A stretch of DNA of 62,689 bases, filler included, from Choristocarpus tenellus KU-1152 (lineage: Eukaryota > Protista > Phaeophyceae), in NCBI GenBank assembly GCA_964200185.2. It is 8 parts of 8 records of this genome, joined end to end, with 100 filler letters (N's around TTAATTAATTAA, not from the genome) between each part and the next. Parts side by side here need not be neighbours in the genome. Positions count along the whole stretch, not along the records: positions 18,842 to 34,567 come from CAXNAD020000939.1; 7 more parts are not named here. One strand, 5' to 3'. The notes under the pieces are model-generated. The model saw only the letters and a list, made by a program, of their open reading frames with translations. It searched no databases and was not told the origin of the DNA. The first letter of the stretch is position 1. The number at the start of each line of letters is the position of its first letter. Positions 18,868-30,831 of this stretch are shown here, one piece after another. Both the position numbers and the translations under genes were made by a program.

Positions 18868-19627
18868 TTCTCGTGCAAGGTTTCCGTATGGGGAGGTAGA
18901 GTCCGTGCAGCAGGCTCATAGAGGGCGGACTCATCGAAGGGTCCCAACACGTCCCAGGGACTCAGCGGATCTCAGGTGTAAGAGTTAGCCATTCCTAATT
19001 CCGGTGGGTTTATTACGAGAAGATTGTAATCCAGGTGATATGATTCTGCATTATGAAGACACTCCTCAACTCCGGCCAAAGTCGAACGTTAGTGACACTT
19101 GTTGAGCTCTCAATTTCTGTCATTGTAATATAGGGTAGCCTGGTCAGGCGTTTGGTAGTACCCGAAGACTTTACTTGTACAATCCTAGAAGGAGTGACCT
19201 AGAATAGTGGTGCAGAGGTTTGAAGCGTGATTAAAATCTCAATCTAAGCCGATGTTTTGCAGGAGCATTGGGCTGAGTTAACCTAAGCAGTTTTGGGCAA
19301 AGTTATAACAAACGAGTTCAGTTGATCTTTCTAGCTTCAAGTATTCAGATGAATATGGACGAACACTTTCTATCATGCACCTAACGAAACTGAGAGCTTA
19401 GCGAACTGTCTTTGGGCTAGGCCGGAGTTTAGAATAGTCTCTATAACGCAGAATCATATCACCTGGATCACAATCTTCTCGTCCTGAATCCACCCGAATT
19501 AGGCTGTGCTCTCTTGCATGGGAGATCCACTCAGTCCCTGGGACGTGTTGTGACCCTTCGATGAGTCCGCCCTCTATGAGCCTGCTGCACGGACTCTACC
19601 TCCCCATACGGAAAACTTGCACGAGAA
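18868..19627. mobile_element. Foldback-like non-autonomous element with ~210-bp inverted arms
   Basis: 18868-~19078 is the reverse complement of ~19420-19627. The outer ~95 bp are almost identical, and the ~340-bp spacer has no ORF. Confidence 0.75.
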
Positions 19628-20331
19628 ATCTTTTCGATAGAATCTTCGAGTTCTTCCAACTACTGAAAAGTCGTGGGATATGTTCAAAGTGGTGTCTCAC
19701 GTCAAATCGGTTTGGATTTCAGGCCATAGACTTTAATGTGCACATTGTAGCAGGGAGAGTAGTCATACTTCGCCGTTTATCGTATGTTGCTTGGTCTGCA
19801 TCTTGGATATCACGACCATGTAATCTTCTCCATTCGCTGAAATGTTCCTCATGTCCCTGGTCTCTCAGGTGCTGGAACTTGTCCACTGGCAGCTAGAAGG
19901 TTACTTGGGGGGCTGAAAATCAATTCCTGGACTGGCGTACGACTGGCTTGCCCTCTTCTACTTCCCTAGGATTCTCTGCCACAACTCTGAGCGCAGGGAT
20001 GATCAACACTGCTGTCCCCAACGACATTACATATACTGCCTGAAGCAGGACCAGGAAGATATGAACATCATCATGCAGAATCACATGGTGATACATGGCA
20101 TATTGTCTCGTTCTACCTCACTCTATCACTCTATCAAGGACAACAGGGTTGAGGTGTTGTATATGGATATTGTGAGGTGGTTGTAAGACAAGACAATATT
20201 GTAAATTTCTTTGATCAAGTTTTTTGTTGGGAATCATGATTCAGTTCAACCCTCTCAAACCGTTTTGGTGTTTTCCTTCTTTCATATCAGTAACACCATT
20301 ACAGTTATGCACCATCTATCCCACGTGACAG

Positions 20332-23300
20332 GCATGAGACTGGCGGGGCTGGGACCTGTGAGACGTAGTACATTTCATGGATATGGTGGATCCTTTCAGG
20401 CTTTTCTTGGCTCCTTGCTTGCGCCACGCAGAGGGGATGCATCTTTTGGGCGACAATGGCGCTCCCCATACATGTCTCTTATTGGGACAGATGACCATTG
20501 GGGCCTTTGGGCAGGGGTTGCCACTGCAGCAGTGTTTGGTCAGAGCCTTGAGAAGACTCGCGTGGGCCAATCCCTTTCTGGAGCTGTATGTGCCATGCTC
20601 GTCTCCTCTGTGATGACAAATGTGGGAATATTCCCAGCAGATGCATCGCCCCACCTTCGAGACCTACAGGTGCAAGCGGATCTCATGAAGTATTTCACTT
20701 GTATTGCAGACGTAGAGAAACACAGCTGAAATCTCCTAATACCATGACTACTTAGGAGGAAGTACAAATTAATGCATGTTTCATGCTCCAACATAGTTTC
20801 CCCCCCAATGATTCCTTGCTGCAGGGATTCGTGGTGAAGTTGGCGACACCTCTTCTTCTGTTAGGGGCAGACCTATCAAAGATTTTCCTTCAAACGGGCA
20901 GTCTCCTCAAGGTGATTCTTGTCCACAACTTTATGCACTGATTGGTTTTGTTTCCTCCATTGCCACTGGGTATGGACCTTCACTTCTCTCTAGCCCTCTC
21001 CACCAACCATAATATCGAAGTGTGCGTCTGCACATGCCTTGTTTGGACAGGGAGAAATTGCCAAATCCCTTCGTGTTTAGTTCCTTGCGTTCAAATATCG
21101 AGCAGCCTAGAATGATGCAGCTGATTGCCATGAAACAAAAGTCATCCTTGGAATATTTTTTTCTGTGTTATTGGGTGTCAGGCTTTCGTGCTTGCAGCAC
21201 TAGGTACAACCATAGGAGCAGTAGCTGGCGCTGCCCTACTCAGTCGCCCGCTTGCACATGTGGATCAGGCTTGGGAAACTCTCTCTGCCATTTCCGCCAA
21301 GAATATCGGTGGGGGCCTTAATTTTGTCGCTGTGGCTGACGTGCTCCGACTTGCACCCTCAGTTGTTTCCACAGCCTTGGCTGTGGATAACATTCTAGGT
21401 GAAACATTGTCCTTGACAAACCCCTGGCTCTGATTGGTGTTGTTAATGTAATGCAATACGTAAAATAACCTCTTTTGGCTAGAGGTCTAGTGTTTAGCGT
21501 GCATTATTTTCGATTTCTGTCACCAATGTGCATCTCGATTGTTCCGACACTCACACAAATCCCTTCTCTCTAATTGTACAGACATTAGCAGTCAAAGTAT
21601 TTTGCCTTTGCCTTACCAACATGCTATTCCACTTGCCCGTTGGCACTTGTCAGGACTCCTGTACTTTCCCCTGGTAGCCTGGATAGGACGTGCAGAAGGG
21701 GAGGAGGAGGGCAAAGAGGAAGATACCTTCATCCAAGGTTAGAATTGTGGTTGGCAACGACTTGTACAACAGATGGTGGGACAAGGAACCATCGCACTGT
21801 CTCTTTGTGAGTGTAATTTACTTTCACACTGTGGACCCTTTCATAAGAGATGAGGTTATGGTGTGATTCTTTGTTGTGCTCCTCAGATGTAATGATCCCA
21901 GTATCCCCTTGTCCCCGCCTATCATTAGGCCCTCAAAGCTATGTGGTGCAGGCAACACAATATTCGTACTAATCTTTCTGTTGTATGTCTGGTGCAAGCA
22001 ACAGACTGTGTAGGATACCCTAACCCTAACCACATCATGATTTTTTTTCGAAAGGTTGGTGATGTTGTATACATAAACAATTGTTTCGTGGAAAGTTTTG
22101 ACTCAGTGAGATTTTTTAGTTTTTCTGAACCTTTAGTAAAGTTACTCTGGCTCGAGAGTAGTCCTTTTTTTTTGTGAGTTTTTTTATTGTTCAGAAATCA
22201 GCCAGAAACAGTTTTGAGCCCCGATTCTGATCTGACTACTGGAGACACAGATGTCAAGTGAAGAAAAATGTCATTGTTGGCAAAGAACAATGACAAGGAC
22301 TATGACAGGTAGGGTTAGGGTTAGTTTTTTGTACTTTGGAAACAAAGGTGATATTGTCTACCTTCTAGTAGGAGACAGGTTTTGGAACCCTAACCCTTGA
22401 GAAAATTAGGTACGCAGGCCTTTAACTTATATCAGGAGGTCCAAGCTCCTCTGGGTTCATCTGTAGCAACACATAGCAAGGTCATTTGGCTCTAGAGCTT
22501 GTGGGTGAACCCTGTGTGTCTGATTGTATGTACCTTAACCTATCCTGATTGTGGATGTGGTTGATACATTAGAATTTTGTCTGCAAAGTATAGATTTAAT
22601 CCTGCTGATATGCGAAGTTAGGGTTAGGGTTACGGTCAATCACACCTCTCAGAAGAGTAATCCAGGGTTAGGGTTAGCCCTATCCCTAAGTTAAGGTTGT
22701 TGAATTTCTCTTAGAGTTGGGGTTAGGGTTAGTCCTAACCATAAGATTCATAGGGTTAGGGTTAGGGTTAGCTTGACCCCAACTCCAAGTTAGAGTCATT
22801 GAGATTTCTCTTTTTTATTGTCCTTATTTCATCCTCCAATTCCTAACTCAAACCCTAAGTTATTGACCCACACTCCTTTGTCAGCACTGTGTTACCTGAG
22901 AACCTAAGTGCTACTGCTGTGTTGCTCATGTAAAATACGCCTTATCAAATATTAGAAAAAGGTGGTGGCAATGGTTCCATAGACAGCAAAAAAGAACTGG
23001 AGACAGACTTGACATCCTCAGTGCTTGCGTTAGGGTTAGGGTTAGCAGCTATGGCAGAGGGTCTGAGCAGGAGATTTATTCCTGGAGCAAGGTGATTACT
23101 GTCTGGGGAAAAGCCGTTGCTGAGGGTGGGAGGGTAGTTGGTTAGGGTTAGGGTTAGGAACCATACTGGGAGTTTCTTGGCAAGACAGTTACAATGAATG
23201 ACAATGAGGTTGTAAGGAGATGGATTGTGTGGAAGTGGAAGAGGGTACGTGTGATTGCTGAGGTTATAAGGCATTGATTCCTTTTTGTTTTACTGAATTA

Positions 23301-26300
23301 TGACATAAGAGGATTGATGTAGAGGAAGTACCGCCGCAACCATGTTTGATGACAATTGAGTTTGTTTTGGCAGGAAGAGTCAAGGAGGAATGGCAGTGGG
23401 TAGTTACAAACGTCAGCATGATGAAAATAACCCTAGCCCTAATCATGAAAATGTTTTAAAGGAGAAACGGCAGCGGCCGAGGAGACATGCCCTCCCCCAC
23501 CTGTTTCAGATAGATGATTAACATAGATGATCCAAATAGATTATTCAGGGAGACAGGAGATAGATGGTCAATGCAGAGTGCTCTCATGATATGTGTTTTC
23601 AATACTTAGAGGAAGGTGTACTTGTATGTAGACATTAGTGGGTATGATATTATAGTGGTCTCACCGAATCAATCATGCAGGGAGGAGGTATCACATGGTT
23701 CCGCTTGTTCCCTCTTTGTGATACAATATTTATTTTATTTTGGACCAATAGTGAACGAGAGGTACCCATGTATTTTTTCGTTTTATTTTTTCCATTTTTT
23801 TTCTTTCAATTTGTCAATATTTTTCATGCACATTTCTGTGGATGAAGTACCAAGTTGACTTGAGAGCATTTCTTTCTTTTTGTGTTGTTTGAAAATTTTC
23901 CTACACAGCTCAGGAAATTTCCCCTACATGTTTATTAAGAAAAGGTCAAGTTTTGCACATAGCTGTCAGCATCCTTAGGATTAGGGTTAGGGTAGCTCTT
24001 GTTTACTATTGTCTCATATCACTACTGTGTAAGGCTGCTGCCTAGCATCAGATTCAACTTTGTGTGCCAATCAGAAAAAACTTTTTTAAGAAAGAAATTC
24101 ATATCTAAGGGTTAACGACGAGGCCTTCCTGTATCACATGTTAATAGTGTTAGTGTCAAATCAGATCAGATTGTGGCACACTGCTCTACATAGTATATAG
24201 TACATGGTGCATACTACATGGTACATACTACATACTACATGGCTTATCTCAACATGAGTTGTGCTGTAGTACTTTGAATCAACCGTAGACTGTGGTCATC
24301 GCCAACAAGAAAAGTATGAAACCGCCTCCCTAATGACCTCCCAATTGCATGTATGTCTATCCCCATCCCCCCAGCGTGCCGTGCTCTACACTGCTAACTG
24401 TGGTGCTGGCCACTCTCTTCCCAAGAAAGCTTGCCCCCCTGGTGCCCTCTGCAATGCGGATGGGCCGGGTGTTGCTCTTTCTCTTCTTTTCTTCAGTGGG
24501 GGCAACTAGCGGGCTGGTTGTTGAGACAATGAGATCTGGGTGAGGGGTCATGTGGTCCCCTCCATCGTGCAAGGGCTGTGCATTTATTGAGTTTATTGCA
24601 TTTATTGTATACTCTCATGTGACATTGTTTTGGTTTTTGTTGACTGATGATTTTTATTGTTCTTTTTTTTACTGTTGTTGGTATTGCCCACTCAATGTGT
24701 CTCTGCAGGGTTGTGCCTGCTAAACTAAGGTTAGATACTAATCAGTTGATTACTTTATTTTTCGATGACATTGTAGAATGCAACTTCAATATATTTTATT
24801 TTATTTTCATGAATTCTTGCTCTTCAGTGACTAGCACTTTTTTTCGTCTTGTTATCACAGTTGAGTAATATAGTACTTAGGGTTAGGGTTCAATAGGTAG
24901 GTCTGTGATATTTAGGCATGCAAGTAGATGCCTGTTCTAAATAAATTCAACATACCTAGTTCATTGCTGTAAGTGCCTCGCTTCTATGCTATCTGTCTTC
25001 CTGAAGAGTCACATTCTGGCAACATGGAATTCAAAGCGTATCCTTGCATTTGCCCTAACCCTATTGTTCCAACCTGCGTCCCCTCCAGATAATCTTCACT
25101 TTGAAATTTCCCTTGTATGTGGTTCAACATCTAACCCTAACCCTAACCCTAAGTATCAGCTTTGTTCATGTTTCATCTATTGCCCTAATCCTGAATATCG
25201 ACTTTGTTGATGTCTCACCCATTACCCTAACCCTGACCCTTCATATTTTGTGATCCCCTCCACTTAGCAACCAGCGGTCCTCTTCAGGTAACACCCATCT
25301 ATCAATCCTGTGTCAAGTCCACCAAAGAACAAGCCCTATTTCCTTACTTGTAATAAGTGAGACTATTATTAATCTGATTTATCCCCCGAGTCTTGATTCC
25401 AGTTAGGGTTCGGGTTAGCAGTAGCTCTGTCCACACTATACATGCAACACTCTCTTGTTCTGTCTTGCTCATGTTCAAACACTATTCTTGACATACACAA
25501 TCTGTTGCTCATGTCTCTGGTATTGACCTGATGCTGAAGCACGGCAGCAGTACTGTTTGGTTTTGGCGTTGTGTTGTACCTAGTCCACCTTGGTGTGGTT
25601 ATAGGTGGTGGGCGAGTGCTGGGTTTATCGCTGAAAGAGGTGCTAGTGGCCAGCAACGCCAGCATTGGAAACCCTGCCACTGGTGAGTCTCAACTATCTG
25701 TTGTGGTCTATTTAAATGTGTATGGGAGTGCAAGTAGTTCAGAACCTAAAGGTCTTAGGGTTAGGACTAGGTGTACCTAACCTTAACCCTAACCCTCTGG
25801 TGAGTCTCGAATGTTTGTTCTAGTCAATGGTAACCCTAACCCTAAGTTGAATATATTTGGAAGTGCAAGCAGGAGAATTGAGAAAGTTGAGTGGCTGGCT
25901 CTAAATGGTATCTACCGCACGTGTCGGAAAGCATAGTAATTGGGTTAGCGTTAGGGTTTGTGTAGTAGTGGGAATGAGCAGTGACAGGTTAGTACTAATG
26001 TAACAAGCGTGTGACGAACGATTGGCGTAATTTTTTTTATCCTTTTTTTTTCTTTATGCTAGAGTGTATGGTACAACGGTACAGTTCAGAGTAGTTAGGG
26101 TTAGGTAAGGATTGATTAATCCATAGTCATGTTCCAGGCACCTTGTTTGAAGTCTCCTAACCCTAACCCTAAGCTCTTATCACCTATTGTGGTACTATAT
26201 AACACCTTGTGCATTGAGTCTAATCATCTGAGATTTAGGCAGGGTTGCATTTTAAGGATGCTGAGAAAGTGCAAAGAGATGCAATTTTTGAAAAAAGTGC

Positions 26301-26686
26301 AGAAAGAGCCTTTGGTGAATTGTGGTGTCACTTTGTGGGTAAAAATGGGAAATATCAACTTTGCATACACTACTGTGTAAATAAAAAAATGAAATAAAGT
26401 GTATTGCGCAGGGTAAAGATGACTTAGAATGCAAAAGTGTATGAACCTGCCTACCTCTCAATCAGTTTAGGTCATTTTTTTTTTTCACCAATGCTCTATG
26501 CCCATACGACCAGCATCCCTAACCAACCCTAACCCTAACTCAGCATCTGCCTTTGCCGGGAGCAAGGGTTGGCGGTCCCTAGTGACACCTGCCTTACTAG
26601 TGGGGACGCTTGGGAACGCTGTTGGTACCTTCGTGGGCTTGTGGGTGGGTTTGAATATCCTAAGGCCAATAGTCGGGGGAGTTTAA
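20332..26686 (+). CDS. DUF819 (YjcL-like) multi-pass membrane protein, 5' end uncertain. Exons 20332-20669, 20825-20911, 21182-21398, 21654-21737, 22956-23091, 24375-24539, 25540-25682, 26544-26686
   Basis: The spliced product carries family-typical segments: DHWGLWA..LEKTRVGQSLSGAV, LATPLLLLGADL, NIGGGLNFVAVA, AVDNI..LYF, LFFSSVGA, VASNASIGNPATA, WRSLVTPALLVGTLGNAVGTFVG. All exon phases are compatible and the stop is at 26684-26686. Confidence 0.88.
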
Positions 26687-26980
26687 GCAAAGTGTGAGCT
26701 GTTTGTTCTCCTTTGTATGCTGTGTGTGTGCTGTCTTGGAGCTGGACCAACGCCTGCAGTGGATTTGGGTATATACAATCCACTGGTTGTTTCCTGCCTG
26801 TTGCATGATTTTTTTTATATGCCAACAAGTCTTTTCTTGTTTGTTCATGCCATCAATGATTTGCATGTCTTTTGTACCTCTCTGAAGCATACTACTAAGA
26901 GTTGTTTGGATGAGAGTCAGGCCCCACCAAACAACCTAGAGGTCCAATATCTACGCAGGGTGTACCTAACCCTAACCCTG
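22018..26980. repeat. Cluster of more than 20 short interstitial telomere-like tracts, (TTAGGG)2-4 / (CCCTAA)2-4
   Basis: Examples start near 22018, 22311, 22387, 22618, 22664, 22720, 22751, 23030, 23141, 23975, 24878, 25053, 25131, 25225, 25402, 25756, 25776, 25831, 25942, 26095, 26156, 26517 and 26965. Confidence 0.9.
26230..26459 (-). mobile_element. MITE family C (~235 bp), intronic copy
   Basis: Imperfect TIRs GAGATTTAGGCAGG / CCTGCCTACCTCTC; reverse-complement similarity along its length to 29084-29326. Confidence 0.75.
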
Positions 26981-29083
26981 ACATGGACATGGATATGGGG
27001 TAAATGGTTTATAGAAGAAAATAGGGTAAGGGAAGAGTCAACGACAGGACATCACTACAACTATTCCATCACAGAGAAGCACTGGACACACTATGTGCCA
27101 TACAGGAACAAATTTGTACTTTCAAAGCATCATCTCCTTGTGTAAGCATGGTTGTTAGGATTGATCAATTTATTGTGACAGCAGAGGAAGACAGGAGTCA
27201 TTACCTACACACTCTCCTATCCATGTGAGTGAAGTGCACACAAAAGGGCAGGTTGAGGTTGGGATGGTGTCAGTTAGGTGTGGTGTGTTGTAGAGATATA
27301 AAGGTGCCAATTGGAGACAAGTTTAATGTTCACGTAATTGTGTAATGTAGACTGGACAAGAGGCACTTTCAACCCGAAAGGTATTACTCCATGTTACTCT
27401 TGGCTATGGGGGTGATTGCCAAGGGTCAAGTTCTACAAATAATCAACTACCTCTTCTTGGACTGGCAGAGGACAGATTAACCCTCTCCAAATGGGGGAGG
27501 GCATGGACAATCTGTCTCTGTCCCTTTACTAATAGTCCTGGACTCTTATCTCACTTAATCTACCTTCAGTCCTTCTATGGCTCGCTGAGTAGAGGGGTGA
27601 AGTGGTTAGGGTACTATGTCCTATGTGGCTAAGTAAGTTTACTGCAGTGATGGTTCCTCTGCCAATCAATTGGCTGAGAATCCTGTAGCCCCTGTTTCTG
27701 CCATGGCATGTCGTTGTCCTGCATCTTGTGTATTTTTGTGAATAGTTGATCAGGTGAGATCCTGCTACATCAAGTACAATGCTACTACGCCCAGGGGGCG
27801 TCACTGCAGCGTGTCACTCATCTATCGTAGGCATTGTTGTGTAGAGTTGTGAGGAGCAGGGCATGGTGCTTTTGGTGTAGGATCGGAGTACATGAGTGTA
27901 TGTACCTCCTTTGAAGGGAAAGCTCCAACTTCTAAAACCTCAGACAAACAATGCTATGTACGGCACAGTGCACTTCAGTAGGATGGGGGTGTAGGTGAAG
28001 TTACTTCCCACCTAAATGTCCTGTTCTGGTTTGATAAGGCTTGCTTTGACATATCCTGCTGTTCAAGCATGTTGTGTTTTCATGGTAAAATGCGCCAATG
28101 GTGTTGAGAGTGGGTCGTTTGATGCTGGTGGTAAATACTGGAGAGACCCACAGTAAACCAGATGTACCCAGGTTTTGTTCATTTTGCATTCTAAGCCATT
28201 TTTAAAATCTTTTTCAATTTACCTGTATTTCAATGGGTTAGGTCCTAAGTGTTTCTTGACGGTGTTTGCTTCTCTATTGTTACTTTTTTTAACATAATTC
28301 TGATAATATCCTGTACAGATTTGTAAAAGGAGCTGAATTTTGGACATATTTTCCAGTATCCTTAAAATATAACTCTGTACCTCTCGTTAACTTTGACTCA
28401 GTGCTATGTAATATTACATACTACATTCCACAACCCAATTGATGAGGGTGGTCAAGAGTCAAGTATCATATTTTCAGTCAATTTTTGATTACTATTTTAT
28501 ATTACTACATCAGAAATAGAGCAATGTCTGGACTATTGACAGATATGCCTTGTACTACTACAATTGTACAAACGCCGCCTATTTTTCGAAGTTTTCTTGT
28601 TAGATTTTTCTCCTCAACGTTTACAACTTGCAATATATATGGTGAACCTGCGGTTCTAGCTCTGTCTGCTCCAGAGTAGCTGATGGTGGAAGGCCCTTCC
28701 TATAAGAAATATTAGATACACAGGGAAGGACAGTACCTATTCTGGAGTGTATCACATTCTTTGATAAATGATTTATGTGGATGCAGGCTCTGTGGTCAGT
28801 GCATGTGCAACAAAGAAACAGCACAGGGAGACTAGTACATCCAGGGGCAACACTTAACATACATGCTATAAAGGTCTCCCTCCAGAACTATAATTTAAGC
28901 CTTAGGGTAAGAGGTAGTTCTCTGTATGTTTTGTGTGTCTCTCTAGGTGTGTGTGTCAGCTAATATATGTTCATGATGCAGACTTGTTAGCAACACGTGG
29001 TAAATAAAGAGGAAATATTATGTCATGCGAAGAACATATTTTCCAAGTAATTGTTGTAACAGTGTTGCTGAGTCAAACAAATT

Positions 29084-29326
29084 GAGAGGTAGGCAGGTTT
29101 ACACTCTCTTTCATACCAAGTCATCTTTCTTACTCTGATAATGCCCACTTTTTCACTGCTTTATGTGCACAAAGGTGTACACAATGTTGATATTCCCCCC
29201 TTTCACCGACAAAGTGACACCACAATTGATCAAAGGGTTGTTCTGCAATAGTACAAAATGGCACATTTTTGCCCACTTTTTTTCCCTTTCTGAAGATCCT
29301 TAAAATGCAACCCCCACCTACCTCTC
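29084..29326 (+). mobile_element. MITE family C, second copy
   Basis: GAGAGGTAGGCAGG ... CCCACCTACCTCTC. Shared internal blocks with the 26230 copy include ACAAAGTGACACCACAATT and ATCCTTAAAATGCAACCC. Confidence 0.75.
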
Positions 29327-30831
29327 AGTTGACTTGACATTGCTTGTACTATTATTAGTAACTATTAGTGTATGACTGACTCTTGTTACTCTCATCTTTG
29401 CATCCCTCTTGGGCACCTCGAAGCTGTTCAAGCAAGTTCGCACATTATAATGATAGTTGCTGTTCCACACTACTACTGGACAATCTTACACTCAACATAC
29501 TTAATACGTTGTGGGAATAGTAAGTAAGGTCAAAACTTAGTATGTACATAATAATCTGGACTACTTGGAAGTACTCTTATTTAACATTAACACAGCAAGA
29601 TATAACGAGAGAGTACAGTATTTTACGAAGAAAGCGTGTAATGTCGTCAAAGGTGTGTACATACTCTATAACTACGCACAGATCCTAAAAAGTAAATTAA
29701 AAACATTCGAGGTTTGTGATATGTAAACCAGTAGATGTTTGGACAAAAAAATTAAGTGGAAAAAGGTACGAATGTTAAATTGGAAGGGATTGAAAGGACA
29801 GATCTGGAGTTGTTCGAAAAATTAAATGATATAGGTGGTGTTGATAACAGGAGTGAAGTGTGATGTGGGCTAAGGAAAGAATAATGTAAATTTTTTTGAA
29901 GGACCAAGGGGGCAGACTGGGTCAGGCTCTAGGTAACCTTTAGGCAATCATTCCCGCCCACCCACCCTCTCCCTTGCTCATGATTGAGCTGGATGATGGG
30001 GGAAGGGGAGGTCAAGCTCAGGTGGGGTAGATGCCTCTTCTAGTTCAAAGGCACAGTATGGGCGTGTGAATGAAGGGTGGAGTGTTTTTGATGATTGTGA
30101 GGTGGAAATTTTTGGAGTGTTGCGGAGGAATGCGGAGTGTTACGGATGTAGGTGAAGCGTTTTGGGATGATTTGTCCATCGACGTGTGAGTGAATGGATA
30201 TGTGGATTGGCTGCATCGTTTTGGATAGTGAATAGGCGAAGTGGCAAGTATTGGGATCTGGAGGGAAAAGGAGTTGGAGGTGTGATGTTGCTGTTGTTAG
30301 GGTTTAGTGTGGTGAGGTAAGGTGTGGAATGTAGGTGGCGGAAGAGTGGGTGATTTTTTTTGTCGAGAATATCGTGAGCACAACAAGCTACTACTATCCC
30401 AGGGTAAATGTAGGCTCTTAAGGATCAACAAGGATAGTACATAGAATTATATTTTTTGAGATACCTTAAAATGGCAAAACCCCAAAAAGTTCCACCTAAC
30501 ATGTTTTTTTGATGCGTTTGACACAAAGGTTCGTTTTCTTGTTGTCAATTGTAACTGTCAGAAAAGAGATACCAGTGACGCTGGACGGTGGTCGATCGTT
30601 CGACCGAGGATGCCAGCCCTTCACAGAGCTGAAAATTGAAATAGTTTTGCTCGAAAGCATCCCCCGTACACCCTGAGATCCAGGATATCAAGAACGTTAG
30701 TGCTACCCACATTCAGTCTTGAAATGTAACGCCTCTCCACTAATGAACACACTTCAGTTCATTTGGTACGCTCATAAGGCCTTGTCATAGCGACTCGTCG
30801 AACCTTTTTCTGGCGATGATCAGAGAGGAAC

